NCBI GenBank assembly: GCA_964016885.1
Contig: OZ024757.1
Location: forward strand, 3,596,001-3,660,000
Length of the DNA stretch: 64,000 nt
Reading direction: 5' to 3'
Source: Eledone cirrhosa
Lineage: Eukaryota
Shown: one piece after another, positions 22,901 to 34,900 of the stretch
Layout: every line of letters starts with the position of its first letter
How positions within the stretch are numbered: the stretch's first letter is position 1
The notes under the pieces: model-generated
What the model saw: the letters and a program-made list of their open reading frames with translations, nothing else
Told to the model about the DNA's origin: nothing
Database searches by the model: none
Position numbers and translations under genes: made by a program

Positions 22901-25900
22901 TAGAGTGGTGTAGTGTAGTGTGATGTAGTGTGGTGTAGTATAGTGTAGGTAGTGTAATGTGGAGTAGTGTAGTGTCGTCTAGTGGGGTGTAGTTTGGTGT
23001 AGTGTAGTGTGGTGTAGTGCACTGTGGTGTAGTGTAATGTAATGTAGTGTAGTGTAGTCTGTTGAGGTGAAGTGTGGTGGATGTATTGTAGTGTAGTATA
23101 GCGTAGTGTAGTGTAGTGTTGAGTAGGGTGCTGCAGTGTAGTGTGGTGTAGTGTGGTGTAGTGTAGTTTAGTGTAGTGTAGTGTGGTGTAGTGTGGTGTA
23201 GTGTGGTGTAGTATAGTGTAATGTGGTGTAGTGTAGTGTGGTGTAGTGTGGTGTAGTGTAGTATGTTGTAGTATGGTGTAGTGTAGTATGGTGTAGTGTG
23301 TTGTAGTATAGTGTAGTGTAGTATGGTGTAGTGTGTTGTAGCATAGTGTAGTGTGGTGTATTGCAGTTTAGTGTGGTGTAGTGTAGTGTCGTGTGGTATA
23401 GTGTAGTGTAGTGTAGTGTGGAGTTGTGTAGTGTAGTGTGGTGTAGTGTAGTGTAGTGTGGTGTAGTGTAGCGTAGTCTGGTGTAATGTGGTGTAGTATA
23501 GTGTAGTGAGGTGTAGTGTAGTGTGGTAGAGTGTAGTATAGTGTAGTATAGTGTAGTATAGTGTAGTGTAGTGTAGTGTAGTATAGTGTTGTGTAGTGTA
23601 GCGTAGTGTGGTGTAGTGTGGTGTAGTGTAGCGTAGTGTGGTGTAGTGTGGTGTAGTGTAATGTAGTTTGGTGTAGTGTAGTGTAATGTAGTGTGGTGTA
23701 GTGTAGTAGAGTGTAGTGTGGTGTAGTGTGGTGTAGTATAGTGAAGTGAGGTGTAGTGTAGTGTAGTGTGGTGTAGTGTAGTATAGTGTAGTAAAGTGTA
23801 GTATATTGTAGTGTAGTGTAGTATAGTGTGGTGTAGTGTAGTGTGGACTAGTGTGGTGTAGTGTGGTGTGATGTAGTGTAGTGTAGTGTAGTGTGTTTAG
23901 GTGTAATGTGGTGTGATGTAGTGTAGTATAGCGTAGTGTGGTGTAGTGTAGTGTAGTATAGTTTAGTGTGGTGTAGTGTAGTGTAGTGTGGTGTAGTATA
24001 GTGTAATGTGGTGTAGTGTAGTGTAGGGTGGTGTAGTGTGGTTCAGTGTAGTGTAGTGTGGTGTAGTGTATTATAGTGTAGTGTGGTGTAGTGTAGTATG
24101 CTGTAATGTGGTGTAGTATAGTGTAGTGTGGTGTATTGCAGTCTAGTCTGGTGTAGTGTAGTGTAATGAGGTGTAGTATAGTGTAATGTGGTGTAGTGTA
24201 GTGTTGTGTAGTGTGGTGTAGTGTTGTGTATTCTAGTGTGCTGTAGTGTAGTGTAGTGTAGTGTAGTATATTGTAGTGTGGAGTAGTGTAGTGTGGAGTG
24301 CTGTAGTGTGGTGTAGTGTAGCGTAGTGTGGTGTAGTGTGGTGTAGTATAGTGTTGTGTAGTGTAGTGTGGTGTAGTGTAGTGTAGTATAGTGTAGTATA
24401 GTGTAGTGTAGTTTAGTATAGTGTGGTGTAGTGTAGTGTGGAGTAGTGTGGTGTAGTGTGGTGTGATGTAGTGTAGTATAGTATAGCGTAGTGTAGTGTT
24501 GAGTAGTGTGGTGTAGTGTAGTGTGGTGCAGTGTAGTGAAGTGTGGTGTAGTGTGGTGTAGTGTGGTGTAGTGTAGTGTGGTGTAGTGTAGTGTGGTGTA
24601 GTGTAGTGTGGTGTAGTGTAGTGTAGTGTGGTGTAGTGTAGTGTGGTGCAGTGTAGTGTAGTGTAGTGTGGTGTGGTGTAGTGTAGTGTGGTGTAGTGTA
24701 GTGTGGTGTAGTGTAGTGTAGTGTGGTGTGGTGTAGTGTAGTGTGGTGTAGTGTAGTGTAGTGTAGTGTAGTGTAGTGTAGTGTAGTGTAGTGTAGTGTA
24801 GTGTAGTGTGGTGCAATCTAGTGTAGTGTGGTGTAGTGTGGTGTAGTGTGGTGTAGCGTATTGTAGTGTGGAGTAGTGTGGTGTAGTATAGTGTAGTGTG
24901 GTGTAGTGTAGTGTGAGATTCAGTGTAGTGTGGTGTAGTGTAGTGCGGTATAGTGTGATGTAGTGTGGTGTAGTGTGGTGTAGTGTGGTGTATTGTGGAG
25001 TAGTGTGGTGTAGTGTAGTGTAGTGGAGTGTGGTGTAGTGTCGTGTAGTATAGTGCAGTGTGGTGTCTTGCAGTGTAGTATAATGAGGTTTAGTGTAGTG
25101 TGGTGCAATGTAGTGTAGTGTGTTGTGGTGTAGTGTGGTGTAGTGGAGTGTAGTGTGGTGTAGTGTATTTTAGTGTAGTATGGTCTAGTGTAGTGTAGTG
25201 TAGTTTAGCGTAGTGAAGTGTAGTGTTGAGTAGAGTGGTTTAGTGTAATGTGGTGTAGTGTAGTGTGGTGTAGTATTGTGTAGTGGAGTGGCGTGTAGTG
25301 TCGTGTGGAGCAGTGTGGTGTGGTGTGGTGTTGTGTAGTGTGGTATAGTGTAGTACAATGTAGTGTAATGTAGTGTAGTGTAGTGTAGTGTAATGTGGTG
25401 TAGTGTAGTGTCGTGTAGTTTGGTGTAGTGTACTGTAGTGTGGTGCAGTGAGGTGTAGTGTAGTATGGTGTAGTGTAGTGTGGTGTAATGTAGTGTGGTG
25501 TAATGTAGTCTGGTGTAATGTAGTGTGGTGTAGTGTAGTGTGGTGTAGTGTAGTGTGGTGTAATGTAGTGTGGTGTAGTGTAGTGTGGTGTATTATGGTG
25601 TATTATAGTGTAATGTGGTGCATTGCAGTGTAGTGTGGTGTAGCGTAGTGTAGTGTGGTATAATATAGTGTGGTGTAGTGTGCTGTAGTGTAGTGTAGTG
25701 TAGTGTGGTGTAGTATAGTGTAGTTCGGGTAGTGTAGTGTAGTGTAGTGGAGAGTAGTGTGGTTTAGTGTTGAGTAGTGAGGTGAGGTGTAGTGTGGTGT
25801 AGTTTCGTTTATGTAGTGTAGTGTGGTGTAGTGTAGTGTGCTGTAGTATAGTGTAGTGTGGTGTAGTGTATTGTGGTGTAGTGTGCTGTAGTGTGCTGTA

Positions 25901-28900
25901 GTGTGCTTTAGTGTGGTGTAGTATAGTGTAGTGTGGTGTATTGCATTGTAGTGTGGTGTAGTGTAGTATAGTGTGGTATAGTATAGTGTGCTATAGTGAG
26001 GTGTAGTGTGCTGTAGGGTAGTATAGTGTAGTGTGGGGTAGTGTAGTGTAGTGTAGCATAGTGTGGTGTAGTTTAATGTAGTATAGGTTAGTGTAGTGTG
26101 GTGTAGTGTGGTGTAGTGTAGTGGAGTATAGTGTAGTGCCGTGTAGTGTTGAGTAGTGTGGTGTAGTGTAATGTGGTGTAGTGTAGTGTGGTGTAGTATT
26201 GTGTAGTGGAGTGTGGTGGGTGTGGTGTAGTGAGGTGTAGTGTAGTGTGGTGTGGTGTGGTGTAGTGTAGTGTGGTGTAGTGTAGTGTCGTGTAGTGTGG
26301 TGTAGTGTGCTGTAGTGTAGTGTGGTGCAGTGTAGTGTAATGTGGTGTAGTGTAGTGTGGTGCAATGTGGTGTAGTGTAGTGTGGTGTAGTGTAGTGTGG
26401 TGTAGTATAGTGTAGTGTAGTATCGTGTAGTGTAATATAGTGTGGTGTAGTGTGGTGTAGTGTAGTGGAGTGTAGTGTGGTGTAGTGTGGTGTAGTATAG
26501 TGTAGTGTGGTGTTGTTTAGTGCAGTGTAGTGTGGTGAAGTATAGTATAGCATAGTGTAGTGTAGTATAGTGTAGTGTAGTGTAGTGTAGTGTAGTGTGG
26601 AGTAGTGTGGTGCAGTGTGGTGTGGTGTAGTATAGTGTAGTGTATTGAGGTGTAGTGTGGTGTGATGTAGTCCAGTGTAGTATAGCTTAGTGTAGTGTAG
26701 TGTTTAGTAGTGTGGTGTAGTGTAGTGTGGTGTTGTGTAGTGTGGTGTAGTGTAGTTTAGTGTAGTGTAGTGTAGTGTGGTGTATAGCATTGTAGTGTGA
26801 TGAAGTATAGTGTAATGTGATGGAGTGTAGTGTGTGTGTAGTGTGGTGTAATGTGGTGTAGTGTGGTGTAGTTTGGTGTAGTGTAGTATGGTGTAGTATG
26901 GTGTAGATTGGTGTAGTATAGTGTAGTGTGGTGCATTGCATTGTAGTGTGGTGTAGTGTAGTGTCGTGTGGTATAGTATAGTGTGGTGTAGTCTGGTGTA
27001 GTGTAGTGTGGTGTAGTGTAGTGTAGTGCAGTGTAGCGTCGTATAGAGTGGTGTAGTATAGTGTAGTGTGGTGTGGTTTAGTGTGGTGTAGTGTAGTGTG
27101 GTGTAGTGTAGTGTGGTGTAAAATAATGTGGTGTATTGTAGTGTAGTGTGGTGTAGTATGGTGTAGTATAGTATAGTGTGGTGGATTGCAGTGTAGTGTG
27201 GTGTAGCGTAGAGTAGTGTGCTATAATATAATGTGGTGTAGTGTGCTGTAGTGTAGTGTAGTGTGGTGTAGTATAGTGTAGTGTAGTGTAGTGTAGTGTA
27301 GTGTAGTGTAGTGTAGTGTAGTGTAGTGTAGTGTAGTGTAGTGTAGTGGAGTGTAGTGTGGTGTAGTGTTAAGTAGTGAGATGTAGTGTGGTGTGGTGTA
27401 GTGTGGTGTAGTGTAGTTTAGTGTAGTGTATGTGGTGTAGTGTTCTGTGGTGTAGTATAGTGTAGTGTGGTGTAGTGTAGTGTTGTGTAGTGTGCTGTAG
27501 TGTGGTGTAAGGTGGTGTAGTGTTGTGTAGTATAGTGTAGTGTGGTGTATTGCATTGTAGTGTGGTGTAGTGTAGTGTAGTGTGGTATAGCATAGTGTGG
27601 TATAGTGTGGTGTAGTGTGCTGTAGTGTAGTATAGTGTAGTGTGAGGTAGTGTAGTGTAGTGTGGTGTAGTGTAGCGTAGTGTGGTGTAGTTTAGTGTAG
27701 TATAGTGTAGTGTGGTCTAATGTAGTGTGGTGTAGTGTAATGTAGTGTGGTGTAGTATAGTGGAGTGTAGTGTGGTGTAGTATAGTGTAGTGCCGTGTAG
27801 TGTTGAGTAGTGTGGTGTAGTGTAATGTGGTGTAGTGTAGTGTGGTGTAGTATTGTGTAGTGTAGTGGAGTGCGGTCTGGTTTGGTTTAGTGAGGTGTAT
27901 TGTAGTGTGGTGTGGTGTAGTGTAGTATGGTGTAGTGTAGTGTAGTGTGGTGTAGTGTGGTGCAGTGTAGTGTGGTGCAGTGTAGTGTAATGTGGTGTAG
28001 TGTAATGTGGTGCAGTGTGGTGTAGTGTAGTGTGGTGTAGTGTAGGGTGGTGTAGTGTGGTTCAGTGTGGTGTAGTGTGGTGTAGTGTATTATAGTGTAG
28101 TGTGGTGTAGTGTAGTATGCTGTAATGTGGTGTAGTATAGTGTAGTGTGGTGTATTGCAGTCTAGTCTGGTGTAGTGTAGTGTAATGAGGTGTAGTATAG
28201 TGTAATGTGGTGTAGTGTAGTGTTGTGTAGTGTGGTGTAGTGTTGTGTAGTCTAGTGTGCTGTAGTGTAGTGTAGTGTAGTGTAGTATATTGTAGTGTGG
28301 AGTAGTGTAGTGTGGAGTGCTGTAGTGTGGTGTAGTGTAGCGTAGTGTGGTGTAGTGTGGTGTAGTATAGTGTTGTGTAGTGTAGTGTGGTGTAGTGTAG
28401 TGTAGTATAGTGTAGTATAGTGTAGTGTAGTTTAGTATAGTGTGGTGTAGTGTAGTGTGGAGTAGTGTGGTGTAGTGTGGTGTGATGTAGTGTAGTATAG
28501 TATAGCGTAGTGTAGTGTTGAGTAGTGTGGTGTAGTGTAGTGTGGTGCAGTGTAGTGAAGTGTGGTGTAGTGTGGTGTAGTGTGGTGTAGTGTAGTGTGG
28601 TGTAGTGTAGTGTGGTGTAGTGTAGTGTGGTGTAGTGTAGTGTAGTGTGGTGTAGTGTAGTGTGGTGCAGTGTAGTGTAGTGTGGTGTGGTGTAGTGTAG
28701 TGTGGTGTAGTGTAGTGTGGTGTAGTGTAGTGTAGTGTGGTATGGTGTAGTGTAGTGTGGTGTAGTGTAGTGTAGTGTAGTGTAGTGTAGTGTAGTGTAG
28801 TGTAGTGTAGTGTAGTGTAGTGTAGTGTAGTGTAGTGTAGTGTGGTGCAATCTAGTGTAGTGTGGTGTAGTGTGGTGTAGTGTGGTGTAGCGTATTGTAG

Positions 28901-31900
28901 TGTGGAGTAGTGTGGTGTAGTATAGTGTAGTGTGGTGTAGTGTAGTGTGAGATTCAGTGTAGTGTGTTGTAGTGTAGTGCGGTATAGTGTGATGTAGTGT
29001 GGTGTAGTGTGGTGTAGTGTGGTGTATTGTGGAGTAGTGTGGTGTAGTGTAGTGTAGTGGAGTGTGGTGTAGTGTCGTGTAGTATAGTGCAGTGTGGTGT
29101 CTTGCAGTGTAGTATAATGAGGTTTAGTGTAGTGTGGTGCAATGTAGTGTAGTGTGTTGTGGTGTAGTGTGGTGTAGTGGAGTGTAGTGTGGTGTAGTGT
29201 ATTTTAGTGTAGTATGGTCTAGTGTAGTGTAGTGTAGTTTAGCGTAGTGAAGTGTAGTGTTGAGTAGAGTGGTTTAGTGTAATGTGGTGTAGTGTAGTGT
29301 GGTGTAGTATTGTGTAGTGGAGTGGCGTGTAGTGTCGTGTGGAGCAGTGTGGTGTGGTGTGGTGTTGTGTAGTGTGGTATAGTGTAGTACAATGTAGTGT
29401 AATGTAGTGTAGTGTAGTGTAGTGTAATGTGGTGTAGTGTAGTGTCGTGTAGTTTGGTGTAGTGTACTGTAGTGTGGTGCAGTGAGGTGTAGTGTAGTAT
29501 GGTGTAGTGTAGTGTGGTGTAGTGTAGTGTGGTGTAATGTAGTCTGGTGTAATGTAGTGTGGTGTAGTGTAGTGTGGTGTAGTGTAGTGTGGTGTAATGT
29601 AGTGTGGTGTAGTGTAGTGTGGTGTATTATGGTGTATTATAGTGTAATGTGGTGCATTGCAGTGTAGTGTGGTGTAGCGTAGTGTAGTGTGGTATAATAT
29701 AGTGTGGTGTAGTGTGCTGTAGTGTAGTGTAGTGTAGTGTGGTGTAGTATAGTGTAGTTCGGGTAGTGTAGTGTAGTGTAGTGGAGAGTAGTGTGGTTTA
29801 GTGTTGAGTAGTGAGGTGAGGTGTAGTGTGGTGTAGTTTCGTTTAGTGTAGTGTAGTGTGGTGTAGTGTAGTGTGCTGTAGTATAGTGTAGTGTGGTGTA
29901 GTGTATTGTGGTGTAGTATGCTGTAGTGTGCTGTAGTGTGCTTTAGTGTGGTGTAGTATAGTGTAGTGTGGTGTATTGCATTGTAGTGTGGTGTAGTGTA
30001 GTATAGTGTGGTATAGTATAGTGTGCTATAGTGAGGTGTAGTGTGCTGTAGGGTAGTATAGTGTAGTGTGGGGTAGTGTAGTGTAGTGTAGTGTAGCATA
30101 GTGTGGTGTAGTTTAATGTAGTATAGGTTAGTGTAGTGTGGTGTAGTGTGGTGTAGTGTAGTGGAGTATAGTGTAGTGCCGTGTAGTGTTGAGTAGTGTG
30201 GTGTAGTGTAATGTGGTGTAGTGTAGTGTGGTGTAGTATTGTGTAGTGGAGTGTGGTGGGTGTGGTGTAGTGAGGTGTAGTGTAGTGTGGTGTGGTGTGG
30301 TGTAGTGTAGTGTGGTGTAGTGTAGTGTCGTGTAGTGTGGTGTAGTGTGCTGTAGTGTAGTGTGGTGCAGTGTAGTGTAATGTGGTGTAGTGTAGTGTGG
30401 TGCAATGTGGTGTAGTGTAGTGTGGTGTAGTGTAGTGTGGTGTAGTATAGTGTAGTGTAGTATCGTGTAGTGTAATATAGTGTGGTGTAGTGTGGTGTAG
30501 TGTAGTGGAGTGTAGTGTGGTGTAGTGTGGTGTAGTATAGTGTAGTGTGGTGTTGTTTAGTGCAGTGTAGTGTGGTGAAGTATAGTGTAGCATAGTGTAG
30601 TGTAGTATAGTGTAGTGTAGTGTAGTGTAGTGTAGTGTGGAGTAGTGTGGTGCAGTGTGGTGTGGTGTAGTGTAGTGTAGTGTATTGAGGTGTAGTGTGG
30701 TGTGATGTAGTCCAGTGTAGTATAGCTTAGTGTAGTGTAGTGTTTAGTAGTGTGGTGTAGTGTAGTGTGGTGTTGTGTAGTGTGGTGTAGTGTAGTTTAG
30801 TGTAGTGTAGTGTAGTGTGGTGTATAGCATTGTAGTGTGATGAAGTATAGTGTAATGTGATGGAGTGTGGTGTGTGTGTAGTGTGGTGTAATGTGGTGTA
30901 GTGTGGTGTAGTTTGGTGTAGTGTAGTATGGTGTAGTATGGTGTAGATTGGTGTAGTATAGTGTAGTGTGGTGCATTGCATTGTAGTGTGGTGTAGTGTA
31001 GTGTGGTGTAAAATAGTGTGGTGTATTGTAGTGTAGTGTGGTGTAGTATGGTGTAGTATAGTATAGTGTGGTGGATTGCAGTGTAGTGTGGTGTAGCGTA
31101 GTGTAGTGTGCTATAATATAATGTGGTGTAGTGTGCTGTAGTGTAGTGTAGTGTGGTGTAGTATAGTGTAGTGTAGTGTAGTGTAGTGTAGTGTAGTGTA
31201 GTGTAGTGTAGTGTAGTGTAATGTAGTGTAGTGGAGTGTAGTGTGGTGTAGTGTTAAGTAGTGAGATGTAGTGTTGTGTGGTGTGGTGTAGTGTGGTGTA
31301 GTGTAGTTTAGTGTAGTGTATGTGGTGTAGTGTTCTGTGGTGTAGTATAGTGTAGTGTGGTGTAGTGTAGTGTTGTGTAGTGTGCTGTAGTGTGCTGTAG
31401 TGTGGTGTAAGGTGGTGTAGTGTTGTGTAGTATAGTGTAGTGTGGTGTATTGCATTGTAGTGTGGTGTAGTGTAGTGTAGTGTGGTATAGCATAGTGTGG
31501 TATAGTGTGGTGTAGTGTGCTGTAGTGTAGTATAGTGTAGTGTGAGGTAGTGTAGTGTAGTGTGGTGTAGTGTAGCGTAGTGTGGTGTAGTTTAGTGTAG
31601 TATAGTGTAGTGTGGTCTAATGTAGTGTGGTGTAGTGTAATGTAGTGTGGTGTAGTATAGTGGAGTGTAGTGTGGTGTAGTATAGTGTAGTGCCGTGTAG
31701 TGTTGAGTAGTGTGGTGTAGTGTAATGTGGTGTAGTGTAGTGTGGTGTAGTATTGTGTAGTGTAGTGGAGTGCGGTCTGGTTTGGTTTAGTGAGGTGTAT
31801 TGTAGTGTGGTGTGGTGTAGTGTAGTATGGTGTAGTGTAGTGTAGTGTGGTGTAGTGTGGTGCAGTGTAGTGTGGTGCAGTGTAGTGTAATGTGGTGTAG

Positions 31901-34900
31901 TGTAATGTGGTGCAGTGTGGTGTAGTGTAGTGTGGTGTAGTGTAATGTAGTATGGTGTGGTGTAGTGTGGTGTAGTGTAGTGTGGTGTAGTATAGTGTAG
32001 TGAGGAATAGTGTAGTGTAGTATGGTGTAGTGTAATGTAGTGTGGTGTAGTGTGGTGTAGTGTGGTGTAGTGTAGTGGAGTATAGTGTGGTGTAGTGTGG
32101 TGTAGTATAGTGTAGTGTGGTGTGGTGTAGTGTAGTGTAGTGTGGTGTAGTATAATGTAGCGTAGTGTACTGTAGTATAGTGTGGTGTAGTGTAGTGTGG
32201 AGTAGTTTTTGTGAAGTGTGGTGTGATGTAGTTTAGTGTAGTGTATTGAGGTGCAGTGTGTTGTGATGTAGTGCAGTGTAGTATAGTGTAGTGTAGTGTA
32301 GTGTTGAGTAGTGTGGTGTAGAGTAGTGTGGTGTGGTGTAGTGTGGTGTAGTGTAGTTTAGTGTAGTGTAGTGAGGTGTACTGTAGTGTACTGTATTGTA
32401 GCGTGATGAAGTATAGTGTAATGTTGTGTAGTGTAGTGTGTGTGTAGTGTGGTGTAATGTGGTGAAGTGTGGTGTAGTGTGGTGTAGTGTAGTATAGTGT
32501 GGTGTAGTGTAGTGTGGTGTAGTGTGGTGTGATGTAGTGTAGTGAAGTGTATTGTGCTGAGGTGTAGTGTGGTGTGATGTAGTGTAGTATAGCGTAGTGT
32601 AGTATTGAGTAGTGTGGTGTAGTGTAATGTGGTGTGGTGTAGTGTGTAGTGTAGTTTAGTGTAAGGTAGTTTGGTGTAGTGTAGTGTAGTGGGGTGTAGT
32701 GTAGTGTGCTGCAGTCTAGTGTGGTGTAGTGTGGTGTAGTATAGTGTAGTGTGGTGTAGTGTAGTGTAGAATAGTGTGGTGTAGTATAATGTAGTGTGGT
32801 GTAGTGTATTGTATTGTAGTGTAGTGAGATGTAGTGTCGTGGAGTGTAGTGTGATGTAGTGTGGTGTAGTATAGTGTAGTGAGGTGAAGTGTAGTGTTGT
32901 TTGGTGTAGTGTAGTGTAGTTTGGTGTAGTGTAGTGTGGTGTAATCTGGTGTAGTGTGGTGTAGTGTGGTCTAGTGTAGTGTAGTGTAGTGTAGTGTAGT
33001 GTGGTGTAGTGTAGTATGGTGTAGTGTAGTGTGGAGTAGTGTAGTGTGGTGCAGTGTAGTGTGGTGTAGTGTAGTGTGGTGTAGTGTGGTGTAGTGTAGT
33101 GTGGTGTAGCGGATTGTAGTGTGGAGTAGTGTAGTGTAGTATAGTGTAGTGTGGTGTAGTGTAGTGTAGTGTAGTGTGGTGTATTGTAATGTAGTATGGT
33201 GTAGTCAGGTGTGGTGTAGTATAGCGTAGTGTAGTGTAGACTTGAGTAATGTGGTGTAGTGTAGTGTGGTGTAGTGGAGTGTAGAATAGTGTGGTGCAGT
33301 GTAGTGTAGTGTGGTGCAGTGTGGTGTAGTGTGGTGTAGTGTAGTATATTGTAGTGTAGTGTGGTGCCACGTAGTGTAGTTTGGTGTAGTGTAGTGTGGT
33401 GTAGTGTGGTGTAGTGTGGTGTAGTGTAGTGTGATGTAGTGTAGTGCAGTGTGGTACAGTGTAGTGTAGTGTGGTGTAGTCTGGTGTAGTGTAGCGTAGT
33501 GAGCTGTAGTGTGGTGTCGTATAGTGTAGTGTGGTGTAGTGTAGTGTAGTGTGGTGTATTGTAATGTAGTATGGTGTAGTGTGGTGTGGTGTAGTATAGC
33601 GTAGTGTAGTATAATCTTGAGTAATGTGGTGTAATGTAGTGTAGTGTGGTGTAGTGGGGTGTAGAATAGTGTGGTGCAGTGTAGTGTAGTGTGGAGCGGT
33701 GTGGCGTAGTGTGGTGTAGTGTAGTGTAGTGTAGTGTAGTGTAGTGTAGTGTAGTGTAGTGTAGTGCCGCGTAGTATAGTGTGGTGTATTGTAGTGTGGT
33801 GTAGTGTGATGTAGTGTAGTGTGGTGGAGTGTGGTCTAGTATAGTGTAGTGTAATGTAGTGTAGGGTGGGGTAGTGTAGTGTGGTGTAGTGTAATGTAGT
33901 GTGGTGTAGTGTAGTGAGGTGTAGTGTGGTGTAGTGTTGTGTCGTGGAGTGTAGTGTGGTGTAGTGTAGTATAGTGTAGTGAGGTGTAGTTTAACGTAGT
34001 GTGGCGTAGTGTGGTGTAGTATAGTGTAGTGTGGTGTAGTGAAGTGTAGTGTAGTGTAGTGTAATGTAGTGTAGTGTGGTGTAGTGTGGTGTAGTGTGGT
34101 GTAGTATAGTGTAGTGTGGTGTAGTGTAGTGTAGTGTAGTGTAGTGTAGTGTAGTGTAGTGTAGTGTAGTATAGAGTGGTGTAGTGTAGTGTGGAGTAGT
34201 GTGGTGTAGTGAGGTGTGTTGAGATTTAGTGCGGTGTGATGTAGTGTTGTGTAGTGTAGTGTAGTGTAGTGTAGTGTAGTGTAGCATGGTGTAGTGTAGT
34301 GTAGTGTGGTGTACCGTAGTGTTGTGTAGTGTGGTGTAGTGTGGTGTAGTGTATTGTAGTGTGGAGTAGTGTGGTGTAGTGTGGTGTGATGTAGTGTAGT
34401 GTAGTGTGATGTGGTGTAGTGCGGTGTAGTGTGGTGTAGTGTAGTGTAGTGTAGTATAGTGAAGTGTTGTGTAGTGTAGTGTAGCGTGGTCTAGTTTACT
34501 GTAGTGCGGTGCAGTGTAGTGTAGTGTGGTGTGGTGTAGTGTAGAATAGTGTAGTATCGTGGAGTGTAGTGTGATGTAGTGTGGTGTAGTATAGTGTAGT
34601 GAGGTGTAGTGTAGTGTGGTGTAGTGTAGTGTAGTGTGCTGTAGTGTAGTGTGTTATAGTGTAGTGTAGTGTGGTGTAGCCTGGTGTAGTGTGGTGTGGT
34701 GCAGTGTAGTGTGGTATAGTTTGGTGTAGTGTGGTTTAGTGTAGTGTAGTGTGGTGTAGTGTGGTCTGGTGTAGTGTAGTGTAGTTAGTTGAGGTGTAGT
34801 GTGGTGTGATGTATTGGGGTGTAGTATAGCGTAGTGTAGAGTAGTGTTGAGTAGTGTGATGTAGTGTAGTGTGATGTGGTGTTGTGGTCTAGTCTAGTTT

